64,000 bases of DNA from assembly GCA_013239625.1 (NCBI GenBank), contig MU053559.1, positions 2,400,324-2,464,323 on the forward strand, written 5' to 3'. The position numbers and the translations under genes were made by a program. This DNA comes from Lama guanicoe. Lineage: Eukaryota. Positions 35,711-49,059 of this stretch are shown here, piece by piece. The notes beneath the pieces are model-generated. The model was not told where the DNA came from, ran no database searches, and saw only the letters and a list, made by a program, of their open reading frames with translations. Positions within the stretch are counted from its first letter, which is position 1. Each line of letters opens with the position of its first letter.

Positions 35711-36656
35711 ACTTTTTCCTGTATGTATTACACAAAATCTCAATCAAAACTTTTTATACATATCTTCAGTCTATAAGCTTAATTGCCTCATTTTTCAATT
35801 TTAAAACTGTCTCCTGTTTCTACAGTTTAGAACCATAAGGTTTTTATAGTTGAAAAGGAGCTTAGATTTCATACTCATTTTATTATACTTGATATAATAC
35901 TTTGCCTTTCTGGAGTCTTTTGTAAGTTACAGCATGCCTTGCTGAGACTCAGAGAGGACAAGGGACTTGCCAAGTTTATATTGCGAACAAAGACCTCCCA
36001 ACTGGTACGTTGGTACTTTTTCTGCTATATCAAAATTTGCTTGCTGAAACTGCAGTGATTGTGGTTGACCAGAAAGACTTTAATCTAAAAAATCCTATTA
36101 TTTATATACTCTGAGCCTGTCTCTTCTTTTTGACTCCATTGCTCTCTGTCCTCCTTCATCCTCCTCCCTCTTTGGCTCTAACCCAAAGCTACAAATGACT
36201 AAGATGTGCCTTTCTCTTTGGCACTGACATCCTCATAAGCTGCCATTCCTTAACCATTGTTCAGCTAGGCTCTCCTAATTTAGAGCTTTAATCTCCTCTG
36301 ATAACATCGTCTCTTCATTACTCTAAATTAACTTGTCGGGGCATTTTTATCCATCTTCCAGTTATCTACACGTTTCAGATGTCTAGGTACCCAATAATGA
36401 ACAAAGGATGGGGGCCCCAAGGCTGATAATTCTACTGTCGTACTGAATGACTTCCAGGTTCTCTCTTACTTCTGAGCTCCATAGAGTATGTCCCTATCTA
36501 ATGCAGCCCCTAAGGGGGTTCTGTTTTTGTCTTCACTGTATGTTCATCACATCCCCGATGTCTTAAGTTCCTTTAAAAAATATTGGAGGTTTAAGTCTTA
36601 TCAAAAGTGCTTCCAACTAGCTACTCAGTTACTATTTCGTCACCTGATCGCTCACA

Positions 36657-36688
36657 CTCTCTCTCTCTCTCTCTCTCGTCTCTCTCTC
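36657..36688. repeat. (CT)n microsatellite
   Basis: Direct read. Confidence 0.9.
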
Positions 36689-36700
36689 ACTCGATATGAA

Positions 36701-37203
36701 GTGTTTGGGTTATCTATTGCTGTGTAACAAATCACATCAAAATATAGTAGCTTAAAAATTTATTATTATCTCTCGTGGTCCTGTGGACTGACTGAGCTCA
36801 GTTAGGTGGTTTGGGGTTCTCCCCGGTCTTTGAAGTCAGATGGATGGAGCCATCTGAAGGCTCAATTCGGCTGGATGTCCAAGATGGCTCCTTTGGTCAC
36901 GTGCCCGGCTTATCAGTTGGGATGCCTGAAATAGCGAGGGGCTTACCAGATATATCTCTCTCCACACAGCCTCTTCGGGTGGCAGCTGGAACTTCCTCGA
37001 AGCATAGAGGTCTCGGGGTAGTCAAACTTCTTACCTGGCAGCTGTCCTCCCCGAGAGCCAGTGTTCCAAGAGACCCAAGTGGAAGCCGCAAGGCTTCCTT
37101 TGACTTCAAAAAGAAGGGACTACACAAAGGCATATTTTGTGCAGAATACCGGGACGTGAGGTTCATTGCGGGATGAGGGCCATCTTTGGTAACTAGCTAT
37201 CAA
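36701..37203 (-). mobile_element. MaLR solo LTR (MLT1H-like)
   Basis: ttatctattgctgtgtaacaaatcac...catctgaaggctc...ggatgtccaagatggctc...gtagtcaaacttcttacctggcagct. Confidence 0.8.
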
Positions 37204-40200
37204 ATGAAGGGAAGTGAGATCTGCGGCTAACAGTCAGTTTTGCTGTTAGTTCACCGGGCTGGCAGGACTTTATTTTTCGGACAAATATAATTGCCTAAAG
37301 ATACAGCCCTCTTCTTTTGAGTAAGCATCGCAGACCCAGAATTCCTGTTAATTAAACAGAAGAGAAAAGAAAAACTTTGAACTTAGATGACTTGCATCTC
37401 TTTAAACTGTACTTAATCTCTCATTTATTGGAGCACGTGATAATAGCTCAGACTTTGTTCTGTCGATGGCTGGAGGCAGACTTGCCACCATTCTAGAGCT
37501 GACAAGCCAAAACAGGTGAGTCCACCTGGCATGATTCACCTTGGTAGGAGCAATTCCTCCCTAGCTCTGGGCTGGCGGGCTACCTGCTCCCTTTCACACA
37601 CCCAGGCTCACCCACAGCCTGAAGCATACCTGGTATCTTTTCAGCAATGGCGCCTTGAACACGTGCAGAGAGCCATCCAAATGCTTTTCTTTCCCATGAG
37701 AGAGACATTTTGTGAAGTCTTTGGCAGCATGCTGGTTGGCAATGTCATCTGGCTGGCATACTTCTCCCGCATCGAGTTATGGCACTGCCACCTCTACTCT
37801 GGAGAGTTTCGAAATTTCAATTTGCACACCCTGTAAGATGTGAGTCATTCCGCTCACAAAGGAGGAGGAGGAGGAGGAGGCCATCTGCTAGTCATGAGCA
37901 GATGACAAATACCCTGCACCGCGAATTTCCATCCTCATTTCACAATATTTAAGTAAACACATTTTGTAACCATTTTTTTCAGAGTTCCTTAGTGCTTAAA
38001 ATGGAATTTGGGCGGGGGTTGGGGGGAGTAAACAATATATGAAAGCCACCTTCTCTCTTCTAAAGAATTATATGATCAAAGTGACACTGAAGGTGACCAC
38101 GACAAAGTGCTGTCTGTTGAACGATCAGAGCAAATAGAATACACATCTGAATCGAGTGGTTAAGCCCCATATCATTTCGGACCCACTGGGCAAAGTTTCC
38201 AGGTCTGTGAGCTCCATCAAGCACAGCTCCATGGTGACCTCTACTGTCTGCCTGCGAGCATCCCATCAAAGACAAAGAGTTTCCAGATAGCATCAATGTA
38301 ACATTTCTGTATATTATGCTATGGGGAGGAAGGAAGTTGAAGAAGGAAAAGATAGATGCTCTACCCTTAAATTATAAAAGACAGATTACATCCATAAAAT
38401 AACCGGGAACTAATGCAAGATCTAACTTCGTGTTAGCTTCAAAATGTGCAGCGTGGCTCAAAGTGGAACTTTTTCATTTCTTCCGCACCTTTATCTGAAG
38501 ATGCTGACAATAACAGGAAAAAAAATTGTAAAATAGAAAAAGAAAATTAAGATTATGGAGAAAAGTGAATGCAAATGTGCTAAACAGAAAGCTTAGTGTC
38601 TAAAGAACTTTCAGATTTGGCTCTGAGCATCCTAAAAGCTAGAAGAAAAAAAAAAGTAGGATGGATCGCCTAGACTTTACTACCATGATGAAAGAAGACT
38701 ATCATTTCTCAAGTGGGATCATTTCTCTCGGCGCTAAATGCTGAATGGAATCCCCGTGGGGGTTTTGTGAGTGTATCCCAGGAGGTCCAAGGACTGGTAT
38801 GCTCCTCAGAATTTATACTGCTGCTACAGGAGCAGACGTAGTAGGGCTGTTTCTTTTGTGAGAAAGAAAGGGTGTGTGCCGTTGAGAAAATGAAACACAT
38901 CCTGCTGGCAAGCAGAGAAAGTGAGAAACGGACCTGCTGGCAGCCAGGTCTCAACTAGTATAAACAGTGCTGGGCCATGGCCACGCCATGATCATATTTG
39001 GAACAAGATAAAGATAAAGCCACTCTTGAATCACCAAGAAGATGACTAAACATCCTCCTTCTCTGACTAACCTAAGTGACTGCTGTTCCTTTACCGAGGA
39101 CAGTTCTAGCCTTGTTGGTCTTATATGAAAACTATTGAGATGCCAAAACACTGAATGGCCCCAGCTCTTCTTGAAAACATCTGATCCAGAATGACCCCCT
39201 GTTTCCCTAATTTCTCTTGGAAATCACTTGGAGTAAACTCAATTCCAAGAAGAGGTCCCTAGCCACTCTCCCCTTCCAAGACAGTCCAGGATTCCTCTGG
39301 TCCATGTTTTTGTTTGCTGCAATGATTAGTGTGTCCCTTCTGAAGGTTCTGATGCATGGGGCAGGAAGCAAAGGCCCAGATGTCCCTTGCCAAGCATCAG
39401 ATGTGTAATTGAATGTTTATGCCGCCATCTGGGGCACGGTTTTCTTGTCCACATGATAGGAACATCCTTTCTCCCTAACGTCTAGACAGATCACACTGCC
39501 CTCCACTGCTTGTGGTTGATAATCCTCCACCCCCCTCCCCCACAATCTACCACCTCTCCCAGCCTTGATGAGACACACATTCAAGTTTCAGCCCCAGGAG
39601 AATGCATGGTTTCTGTCCACTCTAACACACAGAAAGGTCACTACTGAGTCCTCGATGTGCCTTCCCATCTGTCACTCAGAAAAATGGGAGTCATCCTTGA
39701 GAATACTCCCATGGAGTGACTTCCATTGAGACATTATCTTTTCAAGTCAGGGTTTACACATGGAAGGGTTTAGTACTGCAAAATTGCTCGCTGCTGAAGT
39801 GGCTCTCAGTCCGGACTTTCTCTCCCCTCTCACAGAAAGTACTGAAGGGAAGGGGTGAGGGATGGTGTGGCATCTGCCTCCCATGTTGCCAACACCACCC
39901 AGGAGGGCTGATTGTTGATGGAAGGTGGGAGGCAGGAAAGTTCACAGAATCTCAAGGCTAGAGGGAACTTTAACCACAATTAAATTCTATGCATGTGTCC
40001 CCTCAGCAACGGACTAACCAGGAGGCTGCATGACTGTGACCAAACATTTTGAGCTTCACCAGGGGATTTTTCTCCCCCTGCGCTAAGAAGTCCCTCTCAT
40101 CGAGCACTGAGTTGAGTCTAAGGAAGCAGGAAGGTGACAGAACACAGTGTGTATATGTGTGTGTGTGTGTATTCACACATATCAGGACAGGGTGGGTTGG

Positions 40201-40249
40201 AAAACACAAATGAGGGTGTGATGCATTTCCACTTCCCTGAAACTTAAAC

Positions 40250-41571
40250 TTCTTTCTTTTTTTCAATTGAAATAGTCAGTTACAAGGTGTTAATTTCTGA
40301 TGCACAGCATACTGTTTCAATCATACATATATACATATGTATATTCAATTTCATATTCTTTTCCATTATAGGTTATTACAAGATATTAAATATAGTTCTC
40401 TGTGCTTTACAGTGGAAACTTGTTTATCTATTTTTATATATAGTAGTATCTGCAAATCTCAAACTCCCAATTTATCCCTTCCCACCCCCTTTACCCGCTG
40501 GTAACCATAAGTTTGTTTTCTGTGTCTGTGAGTCTGTTTCTGTTTTGTAAATGAGTTCATTTGTATCTTTTATTTTTAAGATTGCACATGTAAGTGATAT
40601 CATATGGTATTTTTCTTTCTCTTGCTGACTTACTTCACTTAGAATGAAGATCTCCAGGTCCATCCATGTTGTTGCAAATGGCATAATCTTATTCTTTTTT
40701 ATGGCTGAGTAGTATTCCATTGTATAAATATACCACTTCTTTATCCAGTCATCTGTTGATGGATATTTAAGTTTTTTTCCATGTCTTGGCTATTGTAAAT
40801 AGTACTGCTATGAACATTGGGGTGCATGTATCTTTTTGAATTAGAGTTCCCTCTGGATATACACCCAGAAGTGGGATTGCTGGATCATATAGTAAGTCTA
40901 TTTCCCATTTTTTAAGGCATCTCCATACTGTTTTCCATAATGGCTGCACCAAACTACATTCCCACCAGCAGTGAAGGAGGGAGGGTTCCCTTTTCTCCAC
41001 ACCCTCTTCAGTATTTATCGTTTGTGGACTTTTGAATGGTGGCCATTATGACTGATGTGAGGTGATACCTCATTGTAGTGTTGATTTGCATTTTTCTGAT
41101 GATTAGCAATATTGAGCATTTTTTCATGTGCCTATTAGCTATTTGTATGTCTTCATTGGAGAATTGCTTATTTAGGTCTTCTGCCCATTTTTGGATTGGA
41201 TTATTTGTTTTTTTGTTAAGTTGTATAAGCTGTTCATATATTCTGGAGATTAAGCCCGTGTTAGTCACATCTTTTGCAAATATTTTCTCCCATTCCGTAG
41301 GTTGTCTTTTTGTTTTGTTTATAGTTCCCTTTGCTGTGCAAAAGAGTCTAAGTTTAATTAGATCCCAATTGTTTATTTTTGCTTTTATTTCTATTGCCTG
41401 GGTAGACTGGCCAAGGGGAACATTGCTAAGATTTATGTCAGAGAATGTTTTGCCTGTGTTTTCTTCTAGGAGATTTATAGTGCCTTGTCTTATGTTTAAG
41501 TCTTCAAGCCATTTTGAGTTTATTTTTGTGTATGGTGCGAGGGAGTGTTCTAACTTCATTGCTTTACATGC
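40250..41571 (-). mobile_element. 5'-truncated camelid-type L1 (intermediate age, ORF2 disrupted)
   Basis: ORF2 pieces 41008-41559, 40767-41000 (LLHCWWEC) and 40472-40720 in different frames; 3' UTR and T-tail. Confidence 0.95.
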
Positions 41572-42199
41572 TCACTAAATTGTTTCTGTCCTGCCCCAGA
41601 ACCTTCCATCATACCCAGCCTCAGGGAGGTACCCTGGTCTATTCTACCTTGCTCTGTCCTATCTCAACCAGTCCCTTACTCTTCCATAAGATGATGGATG
41701 GCTAATTAGTAAATGAAACAATTCAGGGAGAATCTGATATGGCCTGCTGGGTTTCCTTTTCAGAGGCTTTGCATTGGACACTGGGGCTTCTGGAGACACC
41801 AACACTTTATCTTAAGGGATAACTCAGGGAATACCTGGGATGTACTTCTACTATCCATGGCACGTTGCTGGTGTCCGAGTTGCTGGTGTCGGGCCCTATT
41901 CACACACAGACCTCTGCTTGTGCCCTAAGAACTGGGACTGGGTCCAGCTTTGGTAACTTCTGTGATTGGTTTTCTTTTGGTTTCTCCCAAGGCTGGGCTT
42001 ATAGAGGGTATCTTCCTTTTTGATACTCTAGGGTATAGTGAATTCCATGAACTGGTTTGTTTGTTGTTTGTCTTTCATATAAAGAGAGCAGTTGCATTTC
42101 ATATTGTCAGAGAATGAGCTGAGTACTTTTTTTTTTTATTTCAGCTAGTGGTAATAAGTTTAGGTTGTAATAGCAGGTAATGGAGGGTTCTTTCTATCC

Positions 42200-42365
42200 T
42201 TCTCAGCTCTGACTCTTGTCTTGGACACTAGCTACCGAAGTGAATTCACGTCCATAAACCTCAGTTTCCTCATCCGTTAAATGGGAATTTGAAATATCAA
42301 CATTATTGGATGAGTGAGGATTAAATAGGTACCTGCTACACTGTAGGTGCTCAATTAGCGATTGT
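42200..42365 (+). mobile_element. MIR SINE
   Basis: aaacctcagtttcctcatccgttaaatggga...gaggattaaat...gtaggtgctcaatt. Confidence 0.7.
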
Positions 42366-43484
42366 CGTATCTTCCACCTTTGATGTCATGTTTGTTGACA
42401 TCCCATAATGCTTGATACGTAAGGAATCTAGCAATGATTATGAAGGTTTGTTGGACACTCACCAAAGTTCACACTCGCCATGTGAAGAGCAGGCGAGCCT
42501 GCTTCTAATAGAGAATGTGTCTTTGTTGCCCTCAAGAACATAGCTACTGTTCTGTTCCCCAGTGAGGCCATTGTCCAGAGCTGGAGACAGGACTAGAGTA
42601 TTTCTCTCCTCTGATTTCCAGGAAAGGTGAACAACACCAGGGCTAATTAGCTGGAGTCAAGGTAAGAGGTCTTTGAAATCCACCTGCGAAAGATTCATCT
42701 TGAAAAAGAAATACCTGTTTCTGTAATAGCTTCTGCTTTTTAAATGCCTGCCGTTTGACTGAGGAAAACCTTTCAGCTTTGGGGGTTATTTTCTGCAGGC
42801 TTCTGACCTCTCACCTACTTTGAGTGATTCACTCAGGCTATTCATTGCCCAGGAATGTTGGCTTTGGCAAAGGACCGCAAGTCTCTTAAAATAAACACAA
42901 CTGAGCTTTCATCTCACAGCGATCGCTGCTGGCTGCATATTTCACACACTGTACAGCAGGATATGTTAAATTAAAATCATAATCTCCCAAGTGAAATCCG
43001 GGGCCTGGGTAAGCCACGCGAGAATTACTCATGCATTTACTTCCAGTGAAGTGTATGAGTAAGCGCTTCAGCCATTAAGTCTCCCAGGTAATGGTCTCAT
43101 CCCCTCCCAATTATCCGAACCCACAGTAAATTAAACCCATCCAGAAGAATGTCATTCGGAAAGGAAGAAGTCAGTGCCAACACCCTTTTAAATATATAGG
43201 TCCTGGAGAGGTGAGTCTGAATTACCTTGTCAGTTCTTTCAAGCACATCTCCAATTTGAACTTAAATCTTGCTAAGTCAATATACCGAAGCCATATGGAT
43301 TAACAATATCTCCAGCGTTATGTTCAGTGTTTTGAGTAGTTCAAAGGAATAGAGGACACTTAGCCTTCAAGAGCTTAACGTCTTCTGGGAGATCAGTAAG
43401 ATTAACAAGTGCAAAAAAAATTAGTCATACGGGCCAGGTGCAGACAGTAGTAAAGTAAAGAGGAAGAAGGCAAGTCCTTTCTCT

Positions 43485-43650
43485 GAGTGAGGTCCGGGGC
43501 CTGACTCTCTCCAAATGCATGACTACAAGGTAAACCCTTAACCTATCTAGCATCTCAGTTTCCTCACCTATCAAATGGGGATATTAGCCTAACGTTATTG
43601 ACCTCACAGAGGGGTTGTAATGATTCAAGAAGAGAAAAGTGCAATATACA
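43485..43650 (+). mobile_element. MIR SINE
   Basis: cttaacctatctagcatctcagtttcctcacctatcaaatggggata...acctcacagaggggttgtaatgattcaa. Confidence 0.75.
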
Positions 43651-44904
43651 GTACCACATATTATAGCCTGTGATAAAGCAAGTGAAACAATTTAATAAGT
43701 CCAAAATGGTGCCTTCCGGATCGCCTTGAAATGGTAGTGAACAGATAAGACATCAGACTGTAAACTTAATATATTATTTGTTAAATGAACGAATGAATTC
43801 ACCAGTACAGTTTGATTAAATTTCTTTGTAATCCAGTAGCACGAGATCATACTTTTTGGGCCTCCCTGAGTTTTCTTCTCATTTATATTACCTAGAGAGT
43901 TAAAAAAAAAAAAAGAGGTAACATTGTGATGCCTTGAGAAGATCCTTTGCCCTGTCAGCTTTCTTGAATTATTGCTAATACCATCTCCCTGAGCACCACT
44001 AAAATGGGCTTTTCTGGGCCCGTCTAGAACATAGTCACAGAAAAGTTTTCTTTAACCCAAAAGAAAAAACTCCACTGGGAATAGATTTATGAAAGGCCTT
44101 TTGTGCTTCGGTCTAGCACATTGGCTAAAATAAGACTGAAAATGCATCAGGCTTCAAGTGGCTGAAGATATTCATCCTGCGGTGTATAGACTAGAAGAGA
44201 GAGTAGTCTCGGTTGATGCTCATGGTCCATGGCAAGCCGTAGAGAGGGACATCTGCCCATCATGCATGACGTTCATCATCTTGCTTAAGAAAAGAACAAC
44301 ATCAAAACACCTACAGGGTTAAAACAGTTCTTTTTCCTTCTCCTAAACGGAATGCGCTTTTATTTCCTCTGGGTTATTATAAAGGGAAACAGATACACAC
44401 TGCTTAGGAAATGACAGACTTTAGAGAAACAGGAAAACATAAAATACCTTCGCACTGAGTGATTTTCCCATAAGGAAGCATTACCTTCACCAGATGAAGC
44501 ACAAAGGAACAAGACCTTTCCCCAGTGACTGGCAAGCTAAAACATAGGTCCCCCTGGGGTAGCAGCACATTATGATCATCTTGCCAGATGACAGAGTTCA
44601 CAGCACGAGCAGGCACCGGTGAGGCACACTCTGGTAGGAACAGAAGTTCAGAGATGCATGTTGATCTCCCCCACTTCCCTGTTATGTATCTTGCACCTGC
44701 CTCTGTACATATGGATTTGATATTGTTCTGGTTTATTGGGTTTGGGGACTTACGTCCCTGTGTATGTGTTGATGTTTTTCTCATTTCTGCAATGAGGCTG
44801 TAAGATCAGGGGTTTTTTTCTCCTTCCTCTACATTTCCACAATACTGTCCTACACCTAATACTGTTCATAAAAGTACTGGAAGACAGACCTAGAGGAACC
44901 CTCA

Positions 44905-45311
44905 CATCAGTCAGTATCCCAACAGGAGATAGAGGCCAACTTGTAACAATCCAATGAAGAGACTTGAATGAAGGGACCGCCTACTGGGTTATGAGAACAA
45001 GTGAGAGGCATTGAGGCACCCAGAGATTAGCACAGCAAGAAGCTCTTACCAACTGGATGCCTGAGGAGAACATAGGAAAGAACCAGAACCCTATGGGAGA
45101 TGGCACTTGGAGGAGGGAGGAGCCATCCAGTGGGAGCTGTGGTCATGAAAGTTCTCAGCTACTGTCAGAGAAAGGAAGGTGCAGGAGAAATACCTCGGCA
45201 TGTTCTCCTTCTGCCCTTCTATCTCCTGCCTGTGCCTGCCAGGGCAGAGAAGGGTAGATAACAGAATAGAGCAGAAGAGGGGAGGGGTGGTAACAGAGAA
45301 TAACCATCACA
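44905..45311 (-). mobile_element. ERVL solo LTR (LTR33-like)
   Basis: tcagtcagtatcccaacaggagataga...aatgaagggac...; similar in reverse complement to 53800-54299. Confidence 0.55.
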
Positions 45312-46807
45312 CGAGTATAGACTTCAGTGCCTTCTGTGCTTCTGTGCTCGGCCACACCCACCACAGTGTCCTGAGTGTAGTAGGGTTTGAGATCTATTCT
45401 AGGGCAGTCATCAGACATAGGCAAGAGAAGACAGAGTCCATGGAATACTGGCTTTAGTGTGCCTTCTGTGCCTTTGTTTTCCTAACTCTTCCTTCCTCAT
45501 CTAGAATGGTTCTTTGGTATTTGTCCTGATTCCTGCCTCCCTCTCCCACTGAGAATGACCCCAGGATATGGACAGGTTGGTCAACCTTCTGGACCGTAGT
45601 TTTGTCTATAGAAATATGAAGCATAGACCAGATGCATTTGCTAAGATTGTTAAAGGAAGGAAAAGGAGAAAATGGGGAGGGGGAGAGTAAAATAAATGAT
45701 GTTGCAAAGGAAGGAAGAATAAACAAGGATAGCTGAAGTAATTGCTCTGAAACTGTGGATTTTTATGGAGCTTTTAAATCTCTTCAGGATGTGTATGTGG
45801 GAGTGGGGAGGGGAGAGTGCTCATTAAGCAAATTTAATCCATTAAATTTCAACTTTACTTTCCCCAGGAATCCAGGATTTCTCCTAAAGCAGTTAAACCT
45901 TCAAAATTGCATGAGATCAGTTATGGTTTATTGAAGATTTTTTATTTATTACTGGTCATATCAGCCATTGGCCAAAGAAGTAAGGCACTCTATTGCATTT
46001 CTGAGAACCTGGTTATCTGTTTATTTTACAACTAATAAAGTGAAAGAGAACAAGTCCAGCAACTCCTCTCCAGCAGTCTAAAATAGAATAATTGGGGAAG
46101 GAGAGATTTAAGCATAATTATCTTAAATTCCTTTAAATCATTTCACTGTTTGCAGAACAGCTTGAACGCATATCCAAGCTTGTTTGTATAATGCTGCTAG
46201 AATATTACTGTTCTCTCTCCTATGAATCCCTAAATTCCTTCAACATCCCATTGCCAGGGAATCTCTCTGTCATTTCTTCCTAACTTGATCTATCGATTCA
46301 GTGCAACCTCAGTCAAATTCCTAGCAGTTCATTTTGTGGATATTCACAAACTGATTCCAAAGCTTACGTGGAGAAACAAAAGACCTGGAATAGCCAATAC
46401 GTTATTGAAGAAAAAGTTGGAGGACTACCCGACTTCAAAACTTACTATAAAGCTCCAGCAATCAGTAGCTTTATAGTAACAGTAGCTTTACAATGTGGTA
46501 CTGGTGAGAGAATATTCAAATAGATCAATGGAACAGAATAGAGAGTCCAGAAATAGACTCACATATATATAGTCAACTGATCTTAGACAAAGGAGCAAGG
46601 GCAATACAATGAAGCAAAGACAGTCTTTTCAACAAATGGGAAAAAACTGGACATCCACCTGCAAAAAAATGAATTGAGATATACATCTTATACCCTTCGC
46701 AAAAATGAACTCAAAACAGGTCATGAACTTAAACATAAAATGCAAAATTATAACTTCTACAAAATAACATAGGAAAAATTCTAGATGACCTTGGGTTTGG
46801 GGATGAC

Positions 46808-47233
46808 ATATATATATGTATATATATATATTGATGCATAGTCAGTTTACAATGTTGTGCCAATTTCTGGTGTGCAGCATAATGCTTCAGTCAGACATGA
46901 ATATACATATATTCATTTTCATATCCTTTTTCAGCATAAGCTACTACAAGTTATTGAATATATTCCCTATGCTATACAGTATGAACTTGTTGTTTATCTA
47001 TTTTATATATGTATATATATATATATATATCAGATAGTATCTGCAAATCTCAAACTCCCAATTTATCTCTTCCCACTCCTTTCCCCACGTGGTAACCATG
47101 TTTGTTTTCTATGTCTGTGAGTCTGTTTCTGTTTTGTAAATAAGTTCATTTCCCTTTTTTTTTTGTTGTTGTTGTTTAGAAAAAAATGGCTGCGCCAAAC
47201 TCCATTCCCACCAACAGTGTCGGAGGGTTCCCT
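46808..47233 (-). mobile_element. Camelid L1 3' end (left copy) with (TA)n tail and internal deletion
   Basis: 3' UTR at 46830-47160; 47185-47233 is a more 5' ORF2 piece (REPSDTVGGNGVWRSH) joined directly to the ORF2 stop region. Confidence 0.9.
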
Positions 47234-47321
47234 AATTTTTAAAATTTTAATGAAGCCCATCTTCTCAACTGTGTCTTTCATAGAGAGTGCCTTTGGTTTT
47301 GCATATGAAAAGTCACCCCAA

Positions 47322-47724
47322 TGTGGATGGACCTGGAGATTGTCATTCTAAGTGAAGTAAGCCAGAAAGGGAAACAAAAATATCATGTATCATTTATACA
47401 TGGAATCTAAGAAAAAGACACAAATGAACTTATTTACAAAACAGAAACAAACTCACAGATATAGAAAATAAACTTATGGTTACTGGGGGGAAGGGAGTAG
47501 GAAGGGATAAATTGGGAGTTTGAGATTTGCAGATACTAATTACTATATATAAAATAAGTAAACAACAAGGTCCTACTGTATAGCACAGGGAACTATATTC
47601 AATATCTTGTAGTAACCTATAATGAAAAAGAATATGAAACAGATATATATATATGACTGAAACATTATGCTGTACACCAGAAATTGATACAACATTGTAA
47701 ACTGACTATACTTCAATTAAAAAA
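47322..47724 (+). mobile_element. Camelid L1 3' end (right copy)
   Basis: tggatggacctggagattgtcattctaagtgaagtaagccag...actgactatacttcaattaaaaaa. Confidence 0.9.
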
Positions 47725-49059
47725 TTAAAAATTATTTTCTATGAAAGGTACTGTCAAGAGAATGAGAAGATAGGCCACAAACTGGGAGAAAATATTTGCA
47801 AAAGATATATCTGATAAAGGACTGTTATCCAAAATACACAAAGAACACTTAAAATTCAAGAAGGAAACAAAAACCTGATTTTAAAACAGGTAAAATATCT
47901 GAATAGACATTGAACCAAAGAAGATAGACAGATGGCAAATAAGCATATGAAAAGATGCTCCATATCATATGTCTTTAGGGAAGTGAAAATTAAAACAGCA
48001 ATGAGATACCACTACATACCCAGTAGAATGACAAACACCAAAACATTGACAACACTAAATGCTGGTGAAGATGTGGAGCAACAGGAACTCTCGTTTATTG
48101 CTGGTGGGAGTGCAAAATGCTGCAGCCACTTTGGAAGACAGTTTTGTAGTTTCTTAAGAAACTAAACATACTCTTCCCATACAATCCAGCAGTCACACTC
48201 CTTGATTTACCCAAAGGAGCTGAAAATTTATGTCCACACAAAACCCTACACACAGATGTTTATAACAACTTCATTTGTAATTGCTAAAACTTAGAAGCAA
48301 CCAAGATGTCCTTCAGTGGGTGAATGGATAAATAATCTGTAGTGCATCGAGACAATGGAGTGCTAAAAAGACATGAGTTGTCAAGCCATGAGATGACACG
48401 GAAGAACCTTGAATGCATTTTACTAAGTGGAAGAAACCAATCTGAGAAGTCTACATACGATAAGATTCCAACTACATGACATTATGGAAAAGGCAAAACT
48501 ATGGAGTCTGTGAAAGGATGAGGGGTTGACAGGGGTTAAGGAGGACAGAAGGCTGCATAGGTGGGGCACAGAAAAATTTTAAGAGCAGTGGAGCTATTCT
48601 GTATGGTAGTGTAACGGTAGATATATTTCATTATAAATTTGTCAAAACCCAGAGAATGCATATTTAAGATTGAATCCTAACATAAACTATGGATTTTGGG
48701 TAATAAGTATATGTCAATGTAGGTTCATTGTTTATAACAAACGTACAGCTCTGGTGTGGGCACATCAAATGGTGGGAGTAGGGGGACCTATGACTTGTGG
48801 AGGGGGACAGGGGACTTATGGGAACTCTATAGTTTCCCCTCAATTTTATGGTGACACTAAAGTTTTGCTCTTAAAAAGCCTATTATTAAAAAAAAACAAT
48901 CATTGCCTTATTGGAAAACATTTTTGGCTTTTTAGCATGGTTTGGGGAGCATTTTAAGATCTAACCCCTTACCCACGGTTCCGCTCATGCTTTGTCTCTT
49001 TGCTCTCAGACTCAGCTTGCATGTACCTTGAAACTATTTCTTTTATGTCACCAGCAATA

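Larger units (their letters stand above)
46268..48897 (+). mobile_element. L1MC1-like element hosting two camelid L1 tails and an inverted internal segment
   Basis: ORF2 remnants (IYRFSATSVKF, MANKHMKRCS...) and an L1MC1-type 3' UTR similar to 9514-10190. Confidence 0.85.

Noticed and set aside
38066..38163. Acidic peptide ELYDQSDTEGDHDKVLSVERSEQIEYTSESSG after a strong acceptor, as a terminal coding exon
   Set aside because: I recognise no homologue, and the nearest upstream donor (37515) has an in-frame TGA in the required phase.
39420..39438. CTCF-like motif gccgccatctggggcac (also ggccatctgctagtc near 37880)
   Set aside because: Each has two or more mismatches at core positions, which cannot be supported without a PWM scan or ChIP data.
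44560..44574. miR-15-like sequence tagcagcacattatg
   Set aside because: The match stops after about 15 nt and there is no complementary arm nearby to form a pre-miRNA hairpin.
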